A stretch of DNA of 64,000 nucleotides from a bacterium. GTDB lineage: Bacteria; Hinthialibacterota; Hinthialibacteria; Hinthialibacterales; Hinthialibacteraceae. Below, piece after piece: positions 28,362 to 38,452 of the stretch. The DNA lies in contig CAXXMV010000001.1 of assembly GCA_963662285.2 (NCBI GenBank), positions 1-64,000 of the forward strand, in the 5' to 3' direction. Both the position numbers and the translations under genes were made by a program. The notes below the pieces were generated by a model. The model ran no database searches. It saw nothing but the letters and a program-made list of their open reading frames with translations, and was not told the DNA's origin. How positions within the stretch are numbered: the first letter of the stretch is position 1; every line of letters starts with the position of its first letter.

Positions 28362-30329
28362 TTAGTATGTTGTGATTGTAAGTTCAGTCATTATGTCATC
28401 GACTTTTCCGCCTCGTTTAGGCAGGCATTTATAGGGGATTTGTATAATCATGGTTGATTGCGGTTGGTCTGCGTTGTCGCCAAAGAAGGGATAGCCTGAA
28501 GTCCTTGGCAGCGTGAGAAGTCTTGTGCTTCTAGCCAGCGCTCTACTACTTGAACCAGCTTGCCTTCTGGCTTGATCTGACAAGACGCGCGCCTGGTTCA
28601 ATTGTTGTAGCACTTTATGTTGGTCCTTCTGAAGAGAATGTAATTGATCCTGATATATCTTGAGGGATTCTTGATATTTCTGCTCATCGCCTTTTGCCTG
28701 TTCACTTAATTTTTCATTTAGTTCCCGGTTCTTTTTCTCGATTTCTGCTTGTCGTAGACTAATCTCCTTACTCATTTTCTCGATATCCTTATTCAAGTCA
28801 CCGAAAACATCACTACTATTACGACTGCGGCCTGTAGTTGAGAACTCGTCTGCATTCTCGTCTGCATTCTCGTTTGCATGATCATTTAGAATTTCTTCCA
28901 TACTTGAGATAGGTTCACCCGGAACAGAGATTTGAACATTACCGCCACCGAACGATTTAAATACTTGAAATGGATTATCTCCTTCTCCTTCGATAATCAA
29001 GGTCACGGTTTCATCCGGCCCCAGGCCTTCCAAGCGGCTGCCGTATTTGGCGAGAATTTCAAAGATTGTATTACGAAGCGTTTGAACTTTTTGGCTGTCG
29101 TATTTATTCTTTTCCTTACTGAACGTTTTTATGAATTCATCTTTATTCTTCTTTCCATCCACAACATCAACTTTCGAAATGATTATGTTGCGTTCTTCAT
29201 CGGCTACTCTTGAAACTTCGTTATTCTCGAATTGATCCCATAGGTCTTTCTCTCCATTGGATTGTTGACTTATTTTTTCCTCTATAGATTCAATTAGGGG
29301 AAACTTGACGCCTAGAATAAACATGGCGCCTGTTCCTGGAACCCAGAAGCCGCGCGAGCCGCGCGCGAAGATGCCTTGCGACTGGTAATCGCCGTCCAGC
29401 GTTTTGTTTAATTGATAATCCAAGACCTTGCACATCACCGAGATTGACTTGCGGGTTTCCTTTACAGTCGACGAAGTATTTGTATTATCATTAATCTTAT
29501 ACTGATGGATTTTTTCTTTTGTATCTATTCTGATGATATCTCCAACAACCACATAATCCATTCCGTTAGCGGGCAATACCGTATTCAAAACAGTCCTAAT
29601 GGTTGGACTCTCTAAACTAAAAGTCACTTTCTTATCCAGACCTTCACCTAGAACGAATTGCATGCCGGATTCAGACTGAAGAAGTTGTGCAAGTGTTTTG
29701 AAATCCTGGTTGCGGGCTATTACGGGACCATCGATTTTCTTATCCAGTTTTCCCCATTTATATTCTATTTTGGTTACTTTTTCTTTTATCAACACATTCG
29801 AATCCACTCCCGGAGGACCGCTGATTGCTGGCGACGTATTTTCTTCAGTATAGGTTTTCTCTGAAATCATTGGAGATATCTTCTCCGCAAACTTATATTG
29901 ACGAATTTTTTCTTTGGTATCTACCAGGACGACATTATTATCAACCACATAATTCAACCCGTTAGCAGGCAACACCGTATCCAAAACAGTCCTTACGGTT
30001 GGACTATCTAAAGTAAAAGTCACTTTCTTATTCAGACCTTCACCCAGAACAAATTGCATGCCGGTTTGAGACTGAAGAAGAACTATGAGTGTTTGTAAAT
30101 CCTGGTTGCGGGCTACTACAGGACCATCGATCTTCTTATCTAAGTTCCCCGGTTCTTGTACGGTTACGCTCGATGACACTGAATTTTCCACTCCTGGAGG
30201 GCCGCTGACTGAGGGTGAGGTATTCTCTTCAGCATAAGTTTTCTCTGAAATTACCTGTGCATTGACAAAGTTGGCGCTTAAAATAATGGCGCTAATTAGT
30301 AAGGTGTAGATTAGTTTTCTGTGGTTCAT
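28362..30329 (-). CDS. exported protein with two tandem STN/secretin-N0-like domains and a coiled-coil C-terminal region
   Basis: Signal peptide; about 128-aa unit repeated (NQDLQTL..LQSQTGMQFVLGEGLNKKVTFTL..VLDTVLPANGLNY); ARG..VPG.GA.F and L..YG..L..L...E.VT motifs. Confidence 0.6.
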   Translation of the reverse strand: MNHRKLIYTLLISAIILSANFVNAQVISEKTYAEENTSPSVSGPPGVENSVSSSVTVQEPGNLDKKIDGPVVARNQDLQTLIVLLQSQTGMQFVLGEGLNKKVTFTLDSPTVRTVLDTVLPANGLNYVVDNNVVLVDTKEKIRQYKFAEKISPMISEKTYTEENTSPAISGPPGVDSNVLIKEKVTKIEYKWGKLDKKIDGPVIARNQDFKTLAQLLQSESGMQFVLGEGLDKKVTFSLESPTIRTVLNTVLPANGMDYVVVGDIIRIDTKEKIHQYKINDNTNTSSTVKETRKSISVMCKVLDYQLNKTLDGDYQSQGIFARGSRGFWVPGTGAMFILGVKFPLIESIEEKISQQSNGEKDLWDQFENNEVSRVADEERNIIISKVDVVDGKKNKDEFIKTFSKEKNKYDSQKVQTLRNTIFEILAKYGSRLEGLGPDETVTLIIEGEGDNPFQVFKSFGGGNVQISVPGEPISSMEEILNDHANENADENADEFSTTGRSRNSSDVFGDLNKDIEKMSKEISLRQAEIEKKNRELNEKLSEQAKGDEQKYQESLKIYQDQLHSLQKDQHKVLQQLNQARVLSDQARRQAGSSSRALARSTRLLTLPRTSGYPFFGDNADQPQSTMIIQIPYKCLPKRGGKVDDIMTELTITTY

Positions 30330-30369
30330 TTTTTTGATCTCCTTTTATTGAAAAAGATTTTGTGATATC

Positions 30370-30438
30370 GGGCAACCACGAGGGATTGCCCCTACATTCT
30401 TCCTACGGCATTGGGCAACCACGAGGGATTGCCCCTAC
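30370..30438. repeat. two GTAG-type REP copies (family E)
   Basis: gggcaaccacgagggattgcccctac twice; related copy at about 28225-28251. Confidence 0.8.
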
Positions 30439-30445
30439 ATATCTA

Positions 30446-31126
30446 TCAATGAACGTCTTCTTCCGAAGGCGATATGTCCTGCAAAGTCCGGAACATAGCA
30501 GGGCTTGCGGCTAAGATGGGCTGCAAGCGTTGATCGAGGCCTTCGACCAGTTCGTTGAGCGCGCGCTTGATTTTGATGTCGCTGGCCAGTTGCCCGTTTT
30601 GCTGCATGGCGTACAGGTTTTGAGTGGTCTCTTCCAGAGCGGCGAGACGTATGGAAGATAGTTCCCGCGATGTTTTAACCAAGTCTATGGTTTGTGACAT
30701 TTGGTTGATAATCGGTTTATAGTTGGCGGTCAGTTCCTGCTGGACTATCTGGCGAACGCCGGATGGATCTTCTATTGCGCCGAGACCGAAGCGGAATGAA
30801 CCGACTTGCAGCATGATTCCCTGAGTTGAAGCCAGAACGAAGAACATAAAGCAAGCCGCAGCTGCCGCCGCCCAAGCCGGACGTCTCCATAATGGACGGT
30901 TAACTGCAGGAAATGACAAGACTTGCGTTTGGACTGGGTCAGCCGTATCTTTCAAACGATCCAGCATGGCGCAGGCGCGTTGCAGTTCTTCGAATTCGTG
31001 TTGATCTTCAGGATGAGATTGAAGCCATGCTTCAAGTTGCTTTTGCTCATCTTGGGGTAATTCGCCGTATAAATGCGAAGTCATCATCTGTTCGAGTTTA
31101 TCCCGGTTCATGGTCTTACTCTCCAA
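30446..31126 (-). CDS. membrane-anchored anti-sigma factor
   Basis: N-terminal LYGEL..E..LE.WL..HP anti-sigma domain, single TM (WAAAAAACF), downstream of an ECF sigma. Confidence 0.75.
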   Translation of the reverse strand: MESKTMNRDKLEQMMTSHLYGELPQDEQKQLEAWLQSHPEDQHEFEELQRACAMLDRLKDTADPVQTQVLSFPAVNRPLWRRPAWAAAAAACFMFFVLASTQGIMLQVGSFRFGLGAIEDPSGVRQIVQQELTANYKPIINQMSQTIDLVKTSRELSSIRLAALEETTQNLYAMQQNGQLASDIKIKRALNELVEGLDQRLQPILAASPAMFRTLQDISPSEEDVH

Positions 31127-31246
31127 AATCGTGTTAATGCTGCCAATTTTTTTTGTCCGGCGGCGTTCTGTAATTTCCCCTCACCCTAGCCCTCTCCCGT
31201 GGGGAGAGGGGACGAGGTCGTTCGGCATAATGAGTTTGTTAAAGCA

Positions 31247-31834
31247 CTAAACGCTTTTTAATACTTCATTTTCCAAGATGCCTGCTTGTTTCAGTTGTTG
31301 GCGCATTGATTGCAAGCCACGGTATACTCTTGATTTTACAGTACTTTCAGGCGCATCGATTAGATCAGCGATTTCCTTAAAATTCAAGTTTTCAAAATGG
31401 CGCAGCACCAGGACGATCCGCTCGCCTTCGGGTATTAGTTGCAAGGACTTAAAAATCCGTTCTTCATATTCGCCCATTTGAGCGCAGCAGCGTGAATGTT
31501 GAGCTGCTGAGTCTTGAGCCGCCTGGTCTGATTCATCTATATCGTCTAATGACTGAAGAATGCCTTTTTTCTTACGGGCGTGTTTGTCGATCACCAGATT
31601 AGCGGCGATACGATAGAGCCACGCCTCAAAACGGCCTTGCTGGCGATAGGTACTACGCTTTTGATAGACGCGCAAGAATAAATCCTGCCGCAGGTCTTCC
31701 GCTTCCACAGCATTGCCGACGCAACGCTTGAAAAAACAGAGCATCCGGCTATTCCATCTGCGGACGAAAAGCTCAAAAGCGGGATTCGATCCCTGCATAA
31801 TATCCAACATCAATTGCTCGTCGCTGACCGTCAT
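31247..31834 (-). CDS. ECF RNA polymerase sigma factor
   Basis: SDEQLM, AEDLRQDLF, FEAWLYRIAAN, EIADL..PESTVKSRVYRG. Confidence 0.93.
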   Translation of the reverse strand: MTVSDEQLMLDIMQGSNPAFELFVRRWNSRMLCFFKRCVGNAVEAEDLRQDLFLRVYQKRSTYRQQGRFEAWLYRIAANLVIDKHARKKKGILQSLDDIDESDQAAQDSAAQHSRCCAQMGEYEERIFKSLQLIPEGERIVLVLRHFENLNFKEIADLIDAPESTVKSRVYRGLQSMRQQLKQAGILENEVLKSV

Positions 31835-32237
31835 TCCTTCCGCCTTTGAGAAATTTCAAATTTTCCAGCTTCAATTAGGTAAAACGATGCATGTTGACAA
31901 AAAGTCGAGATTATTTTTATTACATGATAGATTTGTTGATACGCCCCCACCCTTTATCCGGGTAATTCCGAGCGCCACAAGGGCAATGTCATTAAGTTAA
32001 GGAATTTCACCATATCGTTGGTGGCTTGATCAAGGGCTGAGCGCAATGCGCTCTTGCCCTTGGCACCCAGTCCGGGCGCCCACAAGGGGCGCGCCCTACT
32101 TGGGGTGTGAGGGGACATTGTTGATCAATAATTTTTTAATGATAATAGATAGTCACATAATTGAATGGAGACTCTTACTCATGCTAATCGAAAATCCATG
32201 CGGTATTGCGCTGCCATCCAGTCTGTTTGGGGGTGGG

Positions 32238-32741
32238 TTGGTTCTTCCCTATAAAGATTTCATGCCTGAAATTGGCGAGAATGTGTTTATTGCTCCATCA
32301 GCCTCGGTTATCGGACAAAGTACGTTGGGTAATAACGTCAGCGTCTGGTTTGGAGCGACCGTGCGCGGGGATATTTCATATATTAGAGTTGGTGAGAACA
32401 CGAACATCCAGGATCAATGCGTGCTGCATGTGGGTGATGATCATCCATGCATTATCGGCGATAATGTAGTCGCCGGGCATAAATCAGTAATTCATGGCTG
32501 TACGGTGGAAGATGATTGCCTGATCGGCATCGGGGCGATTATTCTCAACGGGGCGGTAATCGGGCGAGGCTCTATCATTGGCGCAGGCTCGTTAATCCCT
32601 GAAAATGCTTGCATTGCAGCATCAAGCGTGGTTATGGGGACGCCGGGTAAAGTGATTCGTCAGGTTACTGAAGATGAGCATGATCAACATGTTAAACTGG
32701 TGAGAAAATATGTGGGCGTGGCTTGTAAGTATCGGTTTTGA
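32238..32741 (+). CDS. gamma-carbonic anhydrase family (left-handed beta-helix) protein
   Basis: Hexapeptide repeats, VRGD, NIQD..VLH, GH..IHGC; start placed at TTG-VLPY because the ORF 5' extension runs through REP DNA. Confidence 0.88.
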   Translation: MVLPYKDFMPEIGENVFIAPSASVIGQSTLGNNVSVWFGATVRGDISYIRVGENTNIQDQCVLHVGDDHPCIIGDNVVAGHKSVIHGCTVEDDCLIGIGAIILNGAVIGRGSIIGAGSLIPENACIAASSVVMGTPGKVIRQVTEDEHDQHVKLVRKYVGVACKYRF

Positions 32742-32777
32742 TATAATTTAATTATTATAAGGGTACTTTCGTTTTAA

Positions 32778-33080
32778 TAGTTTTCAGTCAAGGGCAGAAA
32801 GGACACTGCCCTTGGCGCCCAGCCCTTGGCGCACATGAAAGACGCCCTACAGGTTTGTCCGGAGTTGGTTTGTTGGTAAAAGTCATTGAATTATCATAGT
32901 TTTAGTCAAGGGCAGAAAGGACACTGCCCTTGGCGCACATGAAAGATGCCCCTATAGGTTTGTCCGGTGTTGGTTTGTTGGTAAAAGTCATTGAATTATC
33001 ATAGTTTTCAGTCAAGGGCAGAAAATACACTGCCCTTGGCGCCCAGCTGGGCACAATGCGGTCTTGCCCTTGGCGCCCGG
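32778..33080 (+). repeat. about 2.5-copy tandem repeat (about 105-120 bp) built on family-A REP hairpins
   Basis: tagttt(t)cagtcaagggcagaaa(gg/at)acactgcccttggcgc three times; ggtttgtccgg.gttggtttgttggtaaaagtcattgaattatca twice. Confidence 0.88.
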
Positions 33081-33227
33081 CAATTTCGACTATAATAACT
33101 GCGAAATTCCACTTTTATGAATTTGTAGTGGAACCAGGTAAATTTATCTGTAATACTATCCAGGTAATCAGCGTTAATAGGATGATAAAGTATAACGCTG
33201 AAAAAATTGAAATGTGGAATCATGGTA

Positions 33228-33866
33228 ATGGCTCAAGCGCTCATAACCGATATACCGGTTCAATCCGAAGTTTCCGAATCGCAGACCAGTGAAGCGATTC
33301 TGATTGAACGGGCGCAAATGAATCCAGAAGAGTTCGAGCCTTTGTATGAAATGTATTACGAAAGGGTTTATCTCTATCTTCTCAGGCGTTGCGCAAATAC
33401 AACGCTGGCGGAAGATTTAACCGGGGATACCTTTTTTAAGGCGATACACAGTCTGCCCCGTTTTAAGCAACAAAATGTACCATTTCTGGCGTGGCTATTC
33501 CGTATCGCCCATAATCAGATGATCTCCCATTTCCGCAAAACTAAAGTGCGCGATGTATTCCGGATAAAAAAACAACGCGAGAATAAATCACACACTGATC
33601 CGAGAATCCATCTGCTGCGCAAGACAGAACTGGATCAGACCGGAACCGCTTTAGCCAAAATAATTCAGCACCTTAAGCCGATTGATCAACTATTGATATC
33701 GCTACGTTATATAGAAGACCTGAGCATGAATGAAACAGCCGAAGCAGCAGGCATGACTACCGGATCAGCCCGGACGCGTCTGCACCGCGCTTTGAAGAAA
33801 TTAAAAGACCTGATTGAGAATGATGCGCCAGAGATATTAGAACTGATCGGAGGAAATAAATCATGA
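33228..33866 (+). CDS. ECF RNA polymerase sigma factor
   Basis: FEPLYEMY, AEDLTGDTF, FLAWLFRIAHN, RTRLHRALKKL; start uncertain (33207-33228). Confidence 0.92.
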   Translation: MAQALITDIPVQSEVSESQTSEAILIERAQMNPEEFEPLYEMYYERVYLYLLRRCANTTLAEDLTGDTFFKAIHSLPRFKQQNVPFLAWLFRIAHNQMISHFRKTKVRDVFRIKKQRENKSHTDPRIHLLRKTELDQTGTALAKIIQHLKPIDQLLISLRYIEDLSMNETAEAAGMTTGSARTRLHRALKKLKDLIENDAPEILELIGGNKS

Positions 33867-34411
33867 ACCAACAAGATGATTTTTCTCCGTTAGAAAATTT
33901 ACTGCGCCAAACCAGGTTAAATGCGCCGATTAATCCATCGCATAAGGCTGAGTTGCGGGGCAAGTTGCTGGCCGCGCCGCCCAGAGAAGAAATCTTCCGT
34001 CGCAGAATGATATGTGCAACATCGTTCGCAATGGTTCTAATGACTATTGGCATCTTTTGGATGCAAGACAGAGGCCCGATAGTCGGTAGTTTTATATGGA
34101 ACGTTAATCAGAGCAATTCCAAATCGCTTCGCGCCGGGAAATGGTTAAGAACCGGCAACGACAGGTTAACCGCAGTTCTTCAGGACAGGAGTTCGTTGCA
34201 GTTTGAACCACTATCCGAGTTTAAGATTATTTCATCTTCCACCAAAAGAAGAAATGAAAACGCGGTTATCTATTTAAAACGTGGAACAGTAAACGCCATT
34301 GTATCTAATAAAATGAAATATTCATTAATTATCCATACTCCAGACGCGCAAGTACGCGTAGTGGGCACTAAATTCAGAGTAACAGTAGAAGAAATCAAAA
34401 GTCAACAATAG
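33863..34411 (+). CDS. anti-sigma factor with TM helix and the N-terminal part of a FecR domain
   Basis: HKAELR, TM, L.D.S.L....S, L.RG, IHTPDAQVRVVGTKFRV then stop. Confidence 0.75.
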   Translation: MNQQDDFSPLENLLRQTRLNAPINPSHKAELRGKLLAAPPREEIFRRRMICATSFAMVLMTIGIFWMQDRGPIVGSFIWNVNQSNSKSLRAGKWLRTGNDRLTAVLQDRSSLQFEPLSEFKIISSSTKRRNENAVIYLKRGTVNAIVSNKMKYSLIIHTPDAQVRVVGTKFRVTVEEIKSQQ

Positions 34412-34449
34412 TTTAACACATTCAAAACATTTGGTTTAAGGAGAATATC

Positions 34450-37400
34450 ATGAGACGGGAATTCGTCATCGGGGGAATTTTTTTGCTAATTTTTATGATT
34501 TTGATGGCATCCGTCACCTATTGGGGAAGCCAGGAAGAAGTCATAACCAAGACATCCGTGATCGTGGAAGAAGGAAAAGTTGAAGTCTCTAGCACATCAG
34601 ATTCCAATGATAAGAAGACATTGAATAAGAATCAAAGAATCAATGCATCAGGTGGAGAATTGCTGGCGGTTGAGAATATCATTCCAACCCCGGAGGATGC
34701 TGCGCTGGATGGAGCGGCAATAGCAGGCGCAATTTCAATGGCCACGTCAACAATCAGCAATGCGACTGAAGACGAATGTTGGATCGCCGGTTATGTTAAG
34801 GGTGAAGATGACAAAAAACTGGTTGGAGTTGAAATCAGCGTGCGCATCATGGATGGAGTAGAACAAGGCGTTTCTTATGATGGTTCTGATGAAGATGAAA
34901 ATGTTAAAACAGCCAAGACCAACCAGGAGGGATATTACACCATCGCTCTGGACGGCCCCCATGAATATCAGATAAGTTCAACGCCGAGTGAAGGTTATCT
35001 TAAACTGATTGAGCGGGTTACGCTTACAGAAGAGAACAAGACGCTGGCCAAGCATTTTGTACATCCAATCGCGGCATTCTCAGTACGCGGTAAAGTATTG
35101 GATAAAGAGACCGAAGAACCAATCGAAGGCGCTAGAGTCGCTTTGATAATGCAGCATCCTGACGTTCATCCTCAACAAAAAATAGAAAGAGCTGAAACCA
35201 ATGAAAAGGGCGAGTATAACATTACCCGCGTCGCTAGGGGAACTTTCCGCCTCGAAGCCAACAAAGAGGGATACGTCAAATTCAGCCCTTACGGGAAAAA
35301 ATTAGGCGACACCAGTCCACTGCTGAATTTTCAGGTTAATGAAAGTACGCAAAAGAAAGAATACATCATCAAGATGGAACCGGGTTCAACCGCCAGGTTC
35401 AAGGTAGTTGACGCCAATAAAAAACCAATTCCTGAAGTATATGTAAAAGTGATGCGTGATGCGCAATACTTTGCTTATATTGATAGCTGCATGACAGATC
35501 AAAATGGCGAGGCGGAAAATGACCGCCTGCCCAAAGAGACGCTTTATGCAGTAGCGTCTCATGAAGATTTCGGTCAAGGACGCAGCAAAAAATTTGAACC
35601 GGGTTCGGCGGATGATATACCTCTGGTCGAAATAATATTACAAGAGACCGGCTCTATTTCGGGGAAAGTTACTGATGCTGATGGCAACCTGATGGAAGGA
35701 ATCAACATCAATGCGGCATACATATCCCAAGATATGGATGTGGAAAATGTAGAAGAAAAAAGGACTCAGACCGGGGCAGACGGACTTTATTCTTTTAGTT
35801 TGCTAAGCGCAGGAACATACCGGGTTTTTGTATCCAATAATAGTTATGGCGTCAATGCAAATAAAGTACGGACTATTGAAGTACTGAGTGGAGTGGATCG
35901 AACCGGGGTAGATTTTACTCTCGGTAATATGGTTGAGTTGCGCGGAAAAGTCATCAATCAGGATGACGAGCCGGTTGAAGGCATCTACGTACATGCAGTG
36001 TCATACTTAAAAGATGGCGGCATGCCCGGCAGTGGAAGCGATGAAACTGATGAAAATGGTGAATTCCACGTAAAAGACGCTCCCCCGGGAGACGAGGTGC
36101 AATATCAATTGCAAGGCAAAGGATACGCTCATACCATCATAAGACATCCAATGGATGGTGAATATAAAATTCTCAAGATTAAATCGGCGGGAACAGTTAA
36201 AGGCGTGGTAATGAACACAGAGGGAGAACCAGTCGAAGGCGCCCAGGTTTATCCCATCCGTTTGTTTTCAAATAGTCCTTATCACAATAAATACAAAACA
36301 ATTAACACCGGTATAGATGGTTCGTTTGAATTTACCAATCTCGATCCAATGGACTACCGTTTTTGCGCATCCGCTGAGGGATATGTCCAAAAAGAGAGCG
36401 CGACTGTCTCGCTGGATCAGGGAGAGAGCATCGATTCTGTAATTATTGAACTGGAGACCGGGTTGGAAATCAGGGGCCGGGTGGTTGATCCCAATGGTCA
36501 ACCGTTGCCTGATGCGCTAATTTCTCTTCTCTCTCTTACTATAAACAATAACTCTGGAAGTTGGAGCAGTTCGGGTTTCGAGATGGCTAATTTCCCTGAA
36601 ACAGCAATGAGCGATCAGGAAGGTAATTTCGTTATACCCGATTTTCCACCAGACGGCGACACGCTTATAGTACAACACCAAGGCGTTGCGCCGAAACTGT
36701 TTCAGATCGTCCCCGCCATGTTGGATCAACAGCCGTTTACCATCCAAATGACTGAAGGCGGCGCGATTGAAGGCCTTGTTTTAGACCGGACCAAGAGTCC
36801 TATATCAGGCGCGGAAATCCGGGTGCAGAATTATCCGGAGAATATGTTCCGCTACGTGGCTAAAACTGACGCCAAGGGAGAATACCGCATTGAACACCTG
36901 GGGCCTATGTCTTATATGGTGCAAAAAGTCGTCTCAATATACGCCAAGAATAGTGAGCAATCATTTGTTTCAAATGGTCCGGGAACAGACGACTCGCTGT
37001 TTGTGACTGTTGTAGAAGGTCAAACGGTGCGCGCTGATTTCGGCGCTGGCGAAGGCGCTGATGTTCGAGGAACGGTTTATAAGCGGGGAGAACCTGTCCC
37101 TGGCGCAAGAGTTGGAATCCAAACAGTGGGAACAACAGGTGATGACAATAGTTTATTTATGAATGTCGTCACGGATGAACAAGGCGTTTTTGTTTTTAAT
37201 GCAATCCCTGAAGGCGAATATACCCTCTTCACAAATACAAACGCAACAGCCTTTCTACATATTTCCCGCGCTGAAACATATACTAACATAAGCATCTCAG
37301 CCAATCAGGATGAATATACCCAAGACCTTTATATCGCCACTTATGAAATTCAGGGAACGGTGGTTGACGCAGAGTCGGGAGAACCGATTCCAAACGCTAC

Positions 37401-38196
37401 CATCCAAAGCAATCTGTATGTCGGAAAAACCAGAGCCCCGGTAAAAGGGGCAGCAAGTTTAAACACCGTTTCGGATGGAGAAGGCCGATTTACCTTGTAT
37501 CCCCAGGAAGCGGGTGAGTTCAACCTGGCGGCTATTGCTGATAAGTACAGCCCTAAAAAGTTCAGCGTGACGGTTGAAGCCGCTGAACCGGGATCAACGG
37601 CGCCGACTCAGCAGATACAGGTAACCATGCAAAAAAATGACATGGTATTGATCGCCCGGTTATTCTTCAATGGCAATCCAGCGTTTTGCAGTTGGGCGCA
37701 ATTCAGACAAAAGATGGAATTTGGAGAACAAAGATTAATTGAAACCAATGTTGAACCCGGCGTTTACCGCGTGTTGGGTCTGCCCGAAGGAGAATCAGAA
37801 TTCTTTGTCAGAGCCTATGTTAATAACAAGGTTATGTATTCAACTACGCCGCGGGTTGTGTTGACTTCCGGGCAGGAGACGGAAGTTACTTTGAATTTAT
37901 TTGAAGTCATGCGATATACTCTCACCCTTGAAGCGCCGGATAACGAGATGCTTGAATCTGTGGCCACTGCGGAAGTATTGGATTTCCCTGAACCATTCAT
38001 AAAGACGCTTCATTTGAGTCGATACACCGATACTACGGGCAAGAATCTCGCCCAGCTCGAGATTCCCTCTACGGCGCGTCGCGTGTTGGTCAACGTTCCT
38101 GGATTTATGCCGGTTGAGTTTGATCCGGTGGCTATGGCTGTAGGTGGAGAGAATGCATTGGAGAAGATGATTACTATTAAACTTATGCCGCAGTGA
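34450..38196 (+). CDS. membrane-anchored protein with a FecR C-terminal strand segment and multiple carboxypeptidase-regulatory-like beta-sandwich repeats
   Basis: AAGGAG RBS, TM, TSVIVEEGKVEV, then repeated G.V.D..G.P..GA.V...TD..G.Y/F units. Confidence 0.75.
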   Translation: MRREFVIGGIFLLIFMILMASVTYWGSQEEVITKTSVIVEEGKVEVSSTSDSNDKKTLNKNQRINASGGELLAVENIIPTPEDAALDGAAIAGAISMATSTISNATEDECWIAGYVKGEDDKKLVGVEISVRIMDGVEQGVSYDGSDEDENVKTAKTNQEGYYTIALDGPHEYQISSTPSEGYLKLIERVTLTEENKTLAKHFVHPIAAFSVRGKVLDKETEEPIEGARVALIMQHPDVHPQQKIERAETNEKGEYNITRVARGTFRLEANKEGYVKFSPYGKKLGDTSPLLNFQVNESTQKKEYIIKMEPGSTARFKVVDANKKPIPEVYVKVMRDAQYFAYIDSCMTDQNGEAENDRLPKETLYAVASHEDFGQGRSKKFEPGSADDIPLVEIILQETGSISGKVTDADGNLMEGININAAYISQDMDVENVEEKRTQTGADGLYSFSLLSAGTYRVFVSNNSYGVNANKVRTIEVLSGVDRTGVDFTLGNMVELRGKVINQDDEPVEGIYVHAVSYLKDGGMPGSGSDETDENGEFHVKDAPPGDEVQYQLQGKGYAHTIIRHPMDGEYKILKIKSAGTVKGVVMNTEGEPVEGAQVYPIRLFSNSPYHNKYKTINTGIDGSFEFTNLDPMDYRFCASAEGYVQKESATVSLDQGESIDSVIIELETGLEIRGRVVDPNGQPLPDALISLLSLTINNNSGSWSSSGFEMANFPETAMSDQEGNFVIPDFPPDGDTLIVQHQGVAPKLFQIVPAMLDQQPFTIQMTEGGAIEGLVLDRTKSPISGAEIRVQNYPENMFRYVAKTDAKGEYRIEHLGPMSYMVQKVVSIYAKNSEQSFVSNGPGTDDSLFVTVVEGQTVRADFGAGEGADVRGTVYKRGEPVPGARVGIQTVGTTGDDNSLFMNVVTDEQGVFVFNAIPEGEYTLFTNTNATAFLHISRAETYTNISISANQDEYTQDLYIATYEIQGTVVDAESGEPIPNATIQSNLYVGKTRAPVKGAASLNTVSDGEGRFTLYPQEAGEFNLAAIADKYSPKKFSVTVEAAEPGSTAPTQQIQVTMQKNDMVLIARLFFNGNPAFCSWAQFRQKMEFGEQRLIETNVEPGVYRVLGLPEGESEFFVRAYVNNKVMYSTTPRVVLTSGQETEVTLNLFEVMRYTLTLEAPDNEMLESVATAEVLDFPEPFIKTLHLSRYTDTTGKNLAQLEIPSTARRVLVNVPGFMPVEFDPVAMAVGGENALEKMITIKLMPQ

Positions 38197-38200
38197 TTGA

Positions 38201-38452
38201 TCACTCCTCTTCCCCAAGTTTTCGGGAAGAGGAGTTTTGGGTTTTAGTAGTGGGTGGTTCTTTGGTGGGTCGGTGAGGCGCGACCCACCCTACACGCTGA
38301 TTCGGATGTTCTTTGCGCTCTTTTTGTGAAACATTATTCCGGCTTTTCCAAAAAGATAACTCTTCATCCAAAGTCATATCCTTTAATTTTTCCCATATTT
38401 TGATTGATCCCAGCCGTTTCATCTCGACGCAATCAATTGTTTTAGTTTTCAT
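38201..38452 (-). CDS. small partner of the PIN gene (putative antitoxin); C-terminus read through REP DNA
   Basis: DCVEMKR.G..I.E.L..MT..EEL.FW; start overlaps the end of the PIN frame. Confidence 0.55.
   Translation of the reverse strand: MKTKTIDCVEMKRLGSIKIWEKLKDMTLDEELSFWKSRNNVSQKERKEHPNQRVGWVAPHRPTKEPPTTKTQNSSSRKLGEEE

Noticed and set aside
32046-32237. N-terminal extension of the gamma-carbonic anhydrase ORF
   Set aside because: It starts in REP DNA; family similarity begins near LVLPY/MPEIG.
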